Assembly (NCBI RefSeq): GCF_001194135.2
Contig: NC_068986.1
Location: 52,534,691-52,567,022, forward strand
Direction of reading: 5' to 3'
Length of the DNA: 32,332 nucleotides
Source of the DNA: Octopus bimaculoides
Lineage: Eukaryota
Shown: positions 12,053 through 23,550 of the stretch, one piece after another
Numbering within the stretch: the stretch's first letter is position 1
Layout: the number at the start of each line of letters is the position of its first letter
Translations under genes and position numbers: made by a program
The notes under the pieces: model-generated
The model's database searches: none
What the model was told of the DNA's origin: nothing
What the model saw: only the letters and a program-made list of their open reading frames with translations

Positions 12053-12095
<43 letters not shown>
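11934..12095. repeat. Inverted (TTA)n / (AAT)n microsatellite pair around a short hairpin
   Basis: (TTA)n at 11934-12021, TCAGG-tcactg-CCTGA at 12022-12037, and (AAT)n at 12041-12095. Confidence 0.9.
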
Positions 12096-12097
<2 letters not shown>

Positions 12098-12113
12098 TCA
12101 AAAAATACCTTAG

Positions 12114-12159
12114 GACACCCGATGAAGGCTGGAGAGTATATTAGCCGAAACGTTGTGCT
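12114..12159 (+). ncRNA. Degenerate minimal type I hammerhead ribozyme motif
   Basis: CCGATGA (CUGAUGA with U4 changed to C) at 12119-12125, one extra A, stem II GGCTG/TAGCC, GAAA at 12147-12150, palindromic ACGT stem III, and stem I CAC/GTG. Confidence 0.55.
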
Positions 12160-12684
12160 AACAACAAACAAGATGAAGACAAATATCCGGCAAATGTATA
12201 TAATATAAATAATGTACATAACTCTTCATCTCTCAAATATAGGACTGTAAGACATAAAAATCTGCACATATATATACATACATCATGAATATATGTTTCT
12301 ATGTACGCGAGACAGTTTAACTGCAAAGCCTACAAAAGAATTTGGCGAAGGAAGTGAACGATGGTGTGATCAATGCTTTTTTGAAAAGTATTTACAGCTC
12401 TCAATGAAAAGCATTGCCGCAAAAGCTCGATACTATTTCTAAAGCACAGCTAAGCAACATTTTCCGTTTATCTAGACTTAAAAGATTTAGTGATCTCGTG
12501 ACAAGACAACTACACAGAGAATACAATCAAATTTATCGCAATGCATTTGAATAATTGAAATATCAACTGCGCATCCCACAAGAATTTTGTCACGCAAGCG
12601 TTTAAGAAATTCCGAGCATGTACTCACAGACACGCACAACACATACATCTACACCCAAATATACATGCAAATATACACGTATAT

Positions 12685-12686
<2 letters not shown>

Positions 12687-12749
<63 letters not shown>
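12687..12749. repeat. (GT)n microsatellite
   Basis: Read directly from the sequence. Confidence 0.97.
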
Positions 12750-12754
<5 letters not shown>

Positions 12755-12767
12755 GTGCGTGCGTGTA

Positions 12768-13202
12768 CAGTAGAACTTCACCATAGGATTGCCCCCTTGT
12801 ACGAGTAATTTGCTTCACGAGCCGAGACTCGTGCGAAATTTTGTCTTGAAGTACGAGCGGAAATCCGCAATACGAGCGAATTTCATACAAGCGACCGCTA
12901 GTCAGCACTGAGCTTGCGTATGCTCTCCCAGCAGTTGCGGTCTCTGCTCGTTCAGTTTTCGTGTTTATCTCGTGACAGCATCCCCGTTATGTTTTTCCTA
13001 GTGCTTTTGTTTAGTTTTGTGCATTTCTTGCTATCATTTTATAATAGCTGTGTTAGCCATGTGTCCTAAAAAGGTTAGCGCAAAGGATAGGGCTGAGAAG
13101 AAGAAAAAGCTGATTGCTATTGAATTGAAGAAGGAAATCATTGATAAACATGAGAGAGGAGTGCGTTTAGTGGACATGGCACGTCATTACGACCGAAGCA
13201 CG
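12768..13202 (+). mobile_element. Tigger/pogo DNA transposon, 5' end with truncated transposase (CENP-B-type HTH)
   Basis: ATG at 13059 gives MCPKKVSAKDRAEKKKKLIAIELKKEIIDKHERGVRLVDMARHYDRST, the typical Tigger N-terminal HTH. The upstream TA|CAGTAGAAC resembles a Tigger TIR start. Similarity ends at about 13202. Confidence 0.85.
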
Positions 13203-13571
13203 TGGGTATGTATTTGAAAATATCCACGGCATTATATGAGCAAATGTTTAAGTGCATGTATCTATATTACTTCTTCCTCTCTTCCTATACGCTCACGTAA
13301 TCTTCGTACACACAGACATGCTAGCCCACACACATACACATGCACTCGCCCATACACACATATATACAGGCGCACACACTATCTTCTCTCTCACACACAC
13401 ATGCTTGCGTGCACATACCTTTGCTAGTTCATAGTAGTCTCCCCTACCAACCACGCTTCTGGCCAATTCCTTCCTTCTGATATGTACAACATATAGTAAT
13501 CGTTAATTCAGACACGTTTTTTTCTCTCTCCACTTTTTTTGTCTCCATCTTGTTTCTCTACTCATTCCTTT

Positions 13572-13599
13572 CGGTAGAAGAGCGTAAGCTCGGAACGTT
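13572..13599 (+). ncRNA. Highly degenerate hammerhead-like relic
   Basis: CGGTAGA-A-GAGC(GTAA)GCTC-GGAA-CGTT has the same layout as 12114-12159, but with three core substitutions. Confidence 0.3.
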
Positions 13600-14588
13600 G
13601 AATACATTCTATTTTTCCAACGTGTAAATGTAATAAAGCCTATGGGTCTTCTTTCAACATATACATATGGTGGCTAGAAGATTTGAAGTGGCGATTACGA
13701 AAGACATCATGGCTGATATTCTAGCTTCAAAAACAGGACCTAAACCGCTTTTTCGTTGGGTAGTACGTACGTTGTATTGTCAAACTTACGATGTGTGATA
13801 TTAGACACGCAGATACGAAAAGTGCTGTCATAGGGTTAGGTGACAGAGATATGACTCAGTAATAAAGCATTCCGTAGATTTTGACATAGTACTGTGGGTG
13901 CATGCTATTCTGTCTCAGGTACATTTGTGTGATGCTCCAGCAATACTTTTCCAGTCACTTTCTGGCTAGGTATAAGCGGAGATTTTGATGTTTGCCGAGA
14001 CAGTCTTTTGTGATCCTTGATGAAGAAGGTGAATAAGTAGAATATTTGAAGTGTCTTAGTCAAGAATTTTTATGTTCTGCGTTCAAATCGCACAAAGGTC
14101 AAAATTGCTAATTAGTAAAACTAAGTATCAGTCAAGTATAGGTATCTATATAATCGACTAGGCTTCCCATCGGATTTACTGGTCTTGTATCTAAATTAGA
14201 AACAGCTATTATTACCACTATCATTATCTGGAGAGTTGAATGTTTTTATTTATTTATTTATTTATTGAGCTCTAAAACTTAAAACACAAAACACTATTTT
14301 CTTCGCAAGACTGGAAAAATCTGTAATTTGCGAAATGGTATGCAGAATAAGTGATAAAATCCGTGAAATAAATAGTAGATAAGATATTGCTGATGCTGTA
14401 GAGGATCAAAGGAAGAATCAATACTCTTCGGAGAAGAAGGAGAAGCTTGGAAGATCAAATAAAAAGTCGAAGGAGTAAACACTCAAAATTAGATGATTAA
14501 ATGAAAGTATTGAGTAACGTATAATATTCGGCTACAAAAACTCGAGTACGATTTCACAAAGAATACATAGACAGAAGATAGGAGGAGA

Positions 14589-14591
14589 TAA

Positions 14592-14652
<61 letters not shown>

Positions 14653-14691
14653 TGCGATGATGATGATGATGACGACGATGATGATGATGAT
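14589..14691. repeat. (AAT)n followed by (GAT)n microsatellites
   Basis: Read directly from the sequence. Confidence 0.95.
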
Positions 14692-15639
14692 AAAGAAAGT
14701 GAAAGTGGCGCTATATCATAACGGTCTTTTGTTCAAAAATAAACTTAAAAGCGCAATGATTTCGTTTGAAAGCTATTTGTAAGACTTGTTTTATTTTTGT
14801 AACCCAGTATCCAAGATATTTTATTGAAAGTATAACAAAATCGATTCTTACATCACCCATAATCGATATGGTTGCTTGAAAGTTTTTTCACTTGGCTTAA
14901 ACTCTCAATCACTGCACTATTCACAATATCTATGCACAAATATATATTTTGCTGATTGTATTGAATTTTTAAATAAAACATTTACTACTATAAAAGATCG
15001 TCCGCTATCGAAAACGGTATCAATGATAGTTTAGAAAACAAGGGATATTGTAACATGCAACAATTCACTAGTTACATTNNNNNNNNNNTATATATATGAG
15101 ATAATAAAAATATGTAACCATGTAACTTATAATTTATGCGTATATATGGCCGCATCATGTGAATACAGACAAAAACAGATAGAAATCTCCTACTTCATTC
15201 CGACTGTACACAGTGACATACAGGAATTTATTCATAATTTATAAATATTACAAAGATAACAAGATATTATAGATGTCTCGATTCTGATATAATACGATTC
15301 ATATCTGATGTGTAATTACATTGCCGGAAACAAATTTCATATAATTCAATTGTCCGATATATCAAAGGTATAATGATCGTGCGTAAGGAAACGAGAAGAT
15401 AGGCCTACATATTGGTGGTGAATACAACAGCATTCAGACATCGTTTAGTTTGTTTAGACCTCTTAATCCTTTCGGAAAGATGAAGGTATATATAGTACGG
15501 ATCGATACGTATGTTTAGATTTTATAACTAAAATCGTTGTTATAGAATTAAAGGGAAAGAACAAAGAACAGTAAAACCTTTCTTTCTTTCAGTGTTTTTT
15601 GTTTCATGTTTTAATCCTGATATATATATTAAGCATACA

Positions 15640-15682
15640 GATAGGTAGGTAGATAGATAGATAGACAGATAGCTAGATAGCT

Positions 15683-15757
<75 letters not shown>

Positions 15758-15785
15758 CGGACAGACAGACAGACAGAAAGACAGA
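15640..15785. repeat. Compound (GATA)n/(GA)n/(GACA)n microsatellite
   Basis: Read directly from the sequence. Confidence 0.95.
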
Positions 15786-17144
15786 AGGAGGGGAGAAAGT
15801 AAGAGAGAAATAGGGACAGAATGAGGATAAGTATGGAGATGAAGATGAGAATGGCAATGAAGATGACATTCAGCTGGTTGTTGAGAGATAGCCTTCACTG
15901 TTTCATGAGAAATTTATGAACGATGAGGTCATGTTCGACTTTAAACAGTCGTATTATAGTTGGCTATGCGTTATAACTAACAGGTGTGCTGATACAGCAT
16001 ATATCAAATTAAATTTCTAATTTTCAATTGTAAAGTAAGCCATTACTTCCAGAGTAGTAATATAGAAACAAAACGTACTGAAACGTTGATAGAGAAATTT
16101 CTTAACTGGCCGAGCACTTAATAGCATACAGTTTCTATAGGTTATCATTTACCACTAGCAGTAAGCTGATTCCACTGTTGACTGCAATCATTCAACTCCT
16201 GGACAGCGACCATTCTTACCTAGCAGCTCTGTTGCGCAGAGTTATCATAAACCGGTAATTCATATAACCCAACCACCTTGATTGATACATATTGGCCAAA
16301 GCTGCCACCGATGTCATTTCTAGACAACAAAATACTGTATAATATGGCGAGGAGATTGTTTGAGGAAGTATAGATGTTCATGAGTCCGATGACAGTAAGC
16401 AATAAGTGCAAAATTCTTTGCGGGTAACATAGCCAGAATTTTTTATGTGTACACTGAACAGAGTTATGATTTTAAAATAGTTTTATTCGTATTCTCCTCG
16501 ACAGCACCACACGCACCCGGATCGTAAAATTGGGCACTCTCTCATCTTCTTTCAGGAGTTACAATAAAATTGATTATTTATTTATTTGATTATTCATTTA
16601 CTTATTTATCAATTCATTTATTTTATCATTACCCTAATCTGCCATCGAGATTTACAGTACACAGTCGAGATACGTATCGAAGCCCACGTCCCCAGTCTGG
16701 CGATTTTCTACAACAGGCGGGCAATATGCCGCCGAAAGATCTTATACATCTATTTATAATCGAATATCACAAGGTTTCTGTGGTCCGGTGATTAATATTT
16801 GAGAATCCTATTAATATTCTTTATGAGTCATGTTCTCAAGAAACAAGAAAGTCTATATCCCCGCCTACCTTTTTGAACACGACTTATATTTATTTATTGC
16901 CTACATTGGATCACCAATTTATAGATCGGCGTATTACTCTCGAGCACCAATTGTTTTCTTTCCTCTTTCTCTGTTTTTAGCACAAGTGCTACGTTCGCTA
17001 GTCCTACGAACAGTATCAGAAATGGCCTCTTAAAACCTTTCAGTAGAGATTTGGCACCACACCCTAATGTAACATGTTCCTTGGCGGTATCATTTGGATA
17101 TCACTTTTTTCTGTCATATTCCAAAGGCTTAAATCTTAAAATAT

Positions 17145-17448
17145 CCGCCGCTGCCGCCGCCGTCGCTTGTGCTGCTTTCGCTGCTGCTGTTCATGCTACT
17201 GCTGCTGCTGATGATGATGATGATGGTGGCGGTGGTGGTGGTGGTGGTGGTGGTGATGATGATGATGATGATGGTGATGTTGCTGATGCTGCAGCTCTAT
17301 TCTTTACGTTGCTACCGGAATGCGAGGTCTTTATGGCAGCCATTTTTGTTTGCTTACGTTGCGCTTTGATAGCTTTATTGCTGGTCGTATGTGAGGGTGC
17401 TCCTCTCATTATTATTATTATTATTATTATTGTTCTTGTTGCTGTTGA

Positions 17449-17487
<39 letters not shown>
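17145..17487. repeat. Compound trinucleotide repeats (GCC/GCT/GAT/GGT, then ATT)
   Basis: Read directly from the sequence. These repeats explain the poly-A/D/G/I ORF at 17051-17593. Confidence 0.9.
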
Positions 17488-17514
17488 CTTAGTTGTTGTT
17501 GAAAGGATGAAAGG

Positions 17515-17642
17515 GGCCGAGATTGACTTTGCCTTTCATCCCTTCGGGCGCGATAAAATAAGAACCAGTCTATTACTGAGGGTAGGTCGATGAAACCTAC
17601 TTACCTGCTTCCCCCAAATTCCAGGCCTTGTGCCTATAGTAG
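17515..17642 (+). mobile_element. SINE body and tail fragment (family of 7581-8011)
   Basis: gactttgcctttcatcccttcgggcgcgataaaataagaaccag...aaattccaggccttgtgcctatagtag is collinear with the reverse complement of 7581-7925. Confidence 0.65.
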
Positions 17643-18402
17643 TCAGTCGCAAAGTAATGAAACCTTTATTTGCATTACTTTTGAGTCACCCTTGTACAAT
17701 TTTAAACAGTACTAACAAAGGAAAAATCTACCAACCTACGGCAGTATCGGTATCATCAGCTAGTGTATTCACAACAACAACAGGCACACAGATTTATTCA
17801 ATTGTTGAGTTGTACCTTGATATATCTGAAATGCATTCGATATCTCAAATAATCGAAAGGTCTAAACCCTACATAAATAGAAAGTAAGTGTTCTTCCATT
17901 GCAGGAGAAGGAAAAATCTCCATTAATGAACTACATCACCGTCAAGTGAATAACTGCACGCAAATATACAAGTACACGCATGCGTATCACTTTGATTTTT
18001 TTAATGCTTGTTTCGTATTTTTTCTTTTAATCATAAACTGTTTCATAGTGTTATTCTAATCTTCACCCTTATTCCTATACTTATTCTTGATTTACCTCCC
18101 TCATATACTCACCTATTTATCCAAGCGCTAACATGTTCGCTCCCAATTATTGTTGATGCGTCCATTCCTCTTAAGTCTGTGTTCTATATATTTTTTCTCT
18201 CTTGATGCTTTTTCGTATTTTAATTTTTCTATCATTAACACATGAGAGGTTTCAGAAAAAGATAAGTGATCTCGTTGAACTACAATCATCTTCACAGAAA
18301 CAGGACTTGAGTTGAAAGTGAAGGTTGATAATGTTCCTTTATAGGACATTACGAAGAATAGACAAAAATAGGTGGTCTGTAATTAATATTACGGTATTTA
18401 CA

Positions 18403-18800
18403 TCCGTCCATCCATCCATCCATCCATCCATCCATCCATCCATCCATCTATCCATACATACATGCATGCATTCATGCATACATACATACATACATACACA
18501 CATGCATACACACATACATACATGTATGCATGCATACATACATGCATACATGCATACATGCATACATACATTCGTACATACCTACATTCATGCATACATA
18601 CATGCATACATACATGTATACATTTGTACATACATACATGCATACAATCATACATACATACATGCATTCATAGATACATATACTCATACATACGCGCATT
18701 TATACACACATTCATACATCCATCCATCCATACATACATACATACATACATACACACGTACATACATACATGCATGCATGCATACATATAAACATACATG
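18403..18800. repeat. About 400-bp compound (CATC)n/(CATA)n/(CATG)n tetranucleotide array
   Basis: Read directly from the sequence. It is the source of the H/T/Y/I-rich ORFs. Confidence 0.95.
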
Positions 18801-19884
18801 GTCCTTGAGTAATATTCCTTGTCTGATAACCTAGAATACATGTCCAAAGAAGTCGCAGATGAATGGATTAACCTGTATCAGAAGAAGACTATGCATCAAT
18901 ATGTTAATAGAAATCTCTCGGAGATGACAGTAATATTGATCATCAAAGCAGGCTATCGTGAACCAATAGCCGGATTACTACCTCCCACTTTGTAGGGTAT
19001 GCGTTTGCTATCCAGGAACAAGAAATATCAACCAAATACCTGATGCTCAAAAGGGATTAAGATTCAGGAAAAGCAGTAAAATGTGACAACCTATGCAGAC
19101 TTTGTGGAGTTAACACCGAAGATATCATTGACATCATATGCAGTTGTCTGAAAATGTTATCGCGGTATTATCTACCGATGAGACATGATGTTTTAGCTAT
19201 GACATTCTGTTAAATTATTTGTCGGAAGGATAACACCGAGCACAAAGAAATAAAAAACCCACAGTGTGGTAGAAGCCATAGCCACTAATAATAAAAAGGA
19301 ATACTAGTGGAATGTCACAGTAAAAACCTCATTAAAATGTCAGCACAACAGATCTGATATAAAGATTTGGGATACAGAAGAGAAACTGTGTACAGTTGTA
19401 CAAATTAGCTGCCCAGTGGACGTTAACATAGAGCTGAAGATTAATGAATAAGAGAATATCTACGCTGAATTATTGAGAAATCTGTAGTTATTCTATCCAT
19501 ATCACAAGTTCATGCTAATATCTGTAATCATTGGGACCCTGCAATATTTAACATACTGCCTAAATACCAATCTTGAGAAATTCGGTTTCTCAGAATTAGA
19601 AAGGAGAAAGCTAATTCGAAAACTACAGATCCAATCCATCACTAGAACTGTAATAGCCTGTAAAACTTTCCAGAAGTTCAGCAAATAGGTATATATAAGC
19701 ACGTCTAGATATGCAACTATATGCATCAGAGTACACACATAAAACAAAATATACAAATCTGCACACATGCATACATACATACATACATACATACATACAT
19801 ACATTCAAAAATACTACGCAGTTGATGTTGAAATTCCAACGAAGGAGCCTTGGATCTAGGTTAGAAACCGGCTCTAAACAATGA
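18801..19884 (+). mobile_element. 5'-truncated R4/Dong-like non-LTR retrotransposon (RLE clade), copy A
   Basis: Translation with stops: GYAFAIQEQEISTKYL...KCDNLCRLCGVNTEDIIDIICSCLKMLSRYYLPMRHDVLA (zinc knuckle plus RHD)...NRSDIKIWDTEEKLCTVVQISCPVDVN (PD..E/D-type endonuclease)...TVIACKTFQKFSK*, stop at 19686-19688. The 3' UTR contains an internal (CATA)n at 19770-19804 and continues to about 19884. Confidence 0.85.
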
Positions 19885-20974
19885 TATACATAAATTCTCT
19901 TTTGTAGCTATCATCATAGGTGCATTATGCTATGTACTTACAAGGTTAAAACTAACAAAGAATTAGTAATGTTAGGCAAAAGAAACTCACGAGAAGATTT
20001 GGAAGATATTCCAAAGATTCTCCATCTAAGATTCTTTAGATGAATAGATGCATACACATGTTTATGCATTGACAGCTCAACAAACATCCCGACTCAACCA
20101 CATATTTACAAATACTGGGAACTCTCTGTACTCAGAAAGTTTCGTCTCTTTGTCGGCGATCGGTTTGAACTCTCTTAAGAAGTACTTCAATAAAATCTCA
20201 AAGAAAAAAATATACACACATTCATACACACATACATACATACATACACACGCACCCACCCCCACCCATANNNNNNNNNNNNNNNNNNNNNNNNNNNNNN
20301 NNNNNNNNNNNNNNNNNNNNNNNNNNNNNNNNNNNNNNNNNNNNNNNTATATATATATATATATATATATATATTCATACATGCATACACTCACACATAT
20401 AAATATAGATATATATAAACATGCCCACACACACAGGAACACACTCACTCATATGTGTGTGTGTACATGTGTGTGTGTATGAGGATATTTGTGTGTCTCG
20501 TTTAGTTTATGTGCATGCCTGTGTCCGTGTTTGGGTTAATGTTTTCCGGTGTAAACGGATGTGTTGTATTACAAACCTTAATATCAAAAGTAAACTTAGC
20601 CAAACAGAGAACAATGAAAGAAATTTGAGCGATGACATGTTCCATCATAAGCTGTTTCAAAGAAGAAGTGTGCTACCACAGCAGCCTACATAGTGTTAAA
20701 CTCTTGCACACGCATACGCCCAGATATACACACATACGTATATATGTGGAAGTAAATGTAATGATAAGCTAATTAGACAGATCCATCCCTTTAATTCCTC
20801 TGTGTCATCTATATCATTTGTACTCTGTGTAAGTTGGACCTTTTTATGTGTATACATATATACATATTTTTGTATTTCATGTATTTAATATACTTAATGT
20901 ATTACTCTGTCTAATTTGCTTATCTCTACATTTACGTCTCTACCCGCTCAAGTTTAAATCTGTTGACCATTACT

Positions 20975-21255
20975 AGGTGTATTCTATACGGAGAACATCT
21001 ATGAACTATATGCGCATATATGTATGTGTTTGTGTATATGAGTACATATGTGTGTGCGATCGTGCTCGCATTTCTCCTACACCACTTAGTTTGATTTCTT
21101 CATATGCCCCTAGTTAAGAGTTCAGCCAAAGAGAAACAAATAAGAACCAGGCTTGTAAAATAAGTCTCAGGGACGATTTATCCAACAAACCCCTTCAAGG
21201 ACGTGCCTCAGTATGAACACAGTCCAAAAAATGAAACACGTAAAAACTAAAAGAA
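20975..21255 (+). mobile_element. Degenerate 5'-truncated SINE (family of 6135-6505)
   Basis: ttcagccaaagagaaacaaataagaaccaggcttg...gggacgatttatccaacaaacc...cagtatgaacacagtcc resembles the reverse complement of the 28800-28920 tail. Confidence 0.6.
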
Positions 21256-21559
21256 TATGGATTGTATAGTGTGATTCAAATATGTACGTGCGTGTAGTGT
21301 ATATGACTTTGTGTCTGCAGATAGCGTACACATTTGTATTGCTTCAAAGTCATTTTCTTTGGTTCTTTAGTGATGTTCTAAGCATCACTTTTCAGAACCT
21401 TTTGAGTCAGTTCCACTACAGTTTACAATATTCAATGTGGTCTGTGTAGACATTATTACACATTCTATACATTCACTCCTTTTATCAACCAAGTGTATAG
21501 AAAACTTCAACCAATCAGATTCATTCAACATTGTTGGCATGGTTCGAGTAAGATGATTC

Positions 21560-21737
21560 AGTAGAAGCTGACTCTTACAAAACGATCAATAAGGCGAATT
21601 TACTCACAATAAAATCAGAATTGACTATTGAATGTGGGTTTCATGCAAATTTCCCGACTGCCATCCAAAACATCAAAGACTGGATGGCATACTGCGCCTA
21701 ACTGATTAACAATCATAATGTACTACTACTACCACTA

Positions 21738-21781
<44 letters not shown>
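21560..21781 (+). mobile_element. Possible RTE-like LINE 3' end with stem-loop and (TAC)n tail
   Basis: TIECGFHANFPTAIQNIKDWMAYCA* loosely fits RTE C-termini (D-x-G...LP-x-AM-x-N/D-R-xx-W). A 9-bp hairpin TGCCATCCA/TGGATGGCA (21659-21689) precedes (TAC)n. Confidence 0.3.
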
Positions 21782-21791
21782 NNNNNNNNNN

Positions 21792-21841
<50 letters not shown>

Positions 21842-22000
21842 AAAGGCAGAAGTACAGTAATTACAGAAAGAAGAAACATGTAATGATGATCACCATGACG
21901 ACGACGACGACGACGACGACGAAGAAGAAGAAGAAGAAGAAGAAGAAGAAGAAGAAGAAGAAGAAGAAGAAGAAGAAGAAGAAGAAGAAGAAGAAGAAGA
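21721..22000. repeat. (TAC)n, 10-N gap, (TAG)n, then (GAC)n and (GAA)n microsatellites
   Basis: Read directly from the sequence. Confidence 0.95.
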
Positions 22001-22382
22001 AATATACAAAACAAGCGAAATAACAAAAATGAAGACAGTCTATGGAAATATGTTAAAGAACGGTTAGGCGGGGAAGAGTCAGTTGCAGACACTGGGGAAG
22101 AGACATCATTGTTCTAAACACAATGGTCTTCACTGGAAGATGAGATAAGAGATGGGGAGACAGTCTCTTATCATATGTATACAGGATCATTAGGAATATT
22201 GCAAATGTTAGTTGTTTCACAATTTATATCAAAAGGTACAGACGTAGGGATAGCCAGCTAGTTACGAAGCTCACTTCGCAAACATGCGTTTTCAGTTCAA
22301 ACCGGCATCGTGGAAAATTGTCCCCTACTCAAATCTCATATTGGTTTGATTCAAGAGGATTTTTTTAGATGAAGGGTTAACA

Positions 22383-22385
<3 letters not shown>

Positions 22386-22427
<42 letters not shown>

Positions 22428-22432
22428 CAGGC

Positions 22433-22485
<53 letters not shown>

Positions 22486-22494
22486 CAGACAGAC

Positions 22495-22534
<40 letters not shown>

Positions 22535-22716
22535 ACAGACATAGATAGATAAATAGATAGATAGATAGACAGATAGATAGATAGATAGATAAATACGCAT
22601 AATAATAAATATAGATATACGTATACATATATACAAATCCAAGTGTATGTATGTGTATATATATTTTTTGCACTCTCCTGACTGAAACATATAAAAGAAT
22701 GTGTGTGTCCGTGATT

Positions 22717-22790
<74 letters not shown>
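22386..22790. repeat. (GATA)n at 22386-22590 and (GT)n at 22719-22790
   Basis: Read directly from the sequence. Confidence 0.95.
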
Positions 22791-22792
<2 letters not shown>

Positions 22793-23428
22793 GTATACAT
22801 ATCCTATCTTCGGATGAGACAAAATGCATCCTGTTGGAATCATTATTGGCGGTAAATAAGATACATTCGCGCGTACATGTAATTGTGTTTAACCGGTTTG
22901 AAACAGGTGTTGTCTTAATAGAACGTAGGTTAGTAAATGGATCAAATAGCTACCGAGTTGATCATTGAAAATTCCTACAGGGAGTCGTAATGTCCAATGA
23001 CTGAAGCTTATTCAAAAATTAAAGAATCGCAAATGTCAGATATTTAACAATTTAGAGAAAAGTGTCAAACAGCAAGAGAAGTATAATATTACAGAAATGG
23101 AAACTATGCAGAATAAGAGTAAGGAGAATTGCTTAAGTAGATGTAATATGACATATGACAAGTAAAAACGAATATTGTAAACTTCTACACCGCGTTGAGG
23201 AAACTTGGTTCACTAAATACTAAAATATTCCTATGTATGCGCGTGCGACAGGGCTACATTCGAACCCGAAATAACCTTTATTTCTAAACAAATAGGTGCT
23301 ATTTACTATACCTACGATTTCACTGACACGTGTACAAATTATCTGTATTCTTTTATCTTTTGTGTGTGGGTATGCGATATATATATATATATAGATAGAT
23401 AGATAGATATATAGATATATCTTAGATC

Positions 23429-23550
23429 ATCCTATAAATAATGAGGTTTTGCCAATTGCATGAGCTAAAAGTTGGAGGGGGACGGGATAAATTACCTGCA
23501 TCAACTTTCTATAAAAACAGGTAGTAACCTTACCTTGTATTTATTCTTAG
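23429..23550 (+). mobile_element. Mariner 5' leader segment (second copy of 25253-25374)
   Basis: 122-bp ungapped match to 25253-25374, about 18 mismatches by hand count. Confidence 0.85.

Noticed and set aside
14300-14590. Purine-rich stretch before (AAT)n as a (TAA)n-targeting Dong remnant
   Set aside because: Translations give no convincing RLE motif.
17051-17593. 180-aa ORF with poly-Ala, Asp, Gly and Ile tracts
   Set aside because: It has a non-ATG start, is explained by trinucleotide repeats and runs into a SINE.
18325-18834. His/Thr/Tyr/Ile-rich ORFs here, and similar ORFs at 22325-22968 and 25424-26060
   Set aside because: These are stop-free translations of tetra- and dinucleotide microsatellites.
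20077-20205. Protein-like minus-strand segment ILLKYFLREFKPIADKETKLSEYREFP as a host exon
   Set aside because: I recognise no domain and see no convincing donor site. It needs RNA-seq or BLASTx.
21721-21840. (TAC)n facing its reverse complement (TAG)n
   Set aside because: The centre is a 10-N gap, so the inversion cannot be distinguished from a scaffolding artefact.
22097-22172. Two adjacent short hairpins, including GATAAGAGA/TCTCTTATC
   Set aside because: Stems of 9 bp or less are expected by chance in AT-rich DNA, and there is no second copy to test covariation.
23521-23550. GTAGTA...TTCTTAG as an intron in the mariner leader
   Set aside because: It is only 30 nt, too short for a typical spliceosomal intron, and there is no upstream coding exon.
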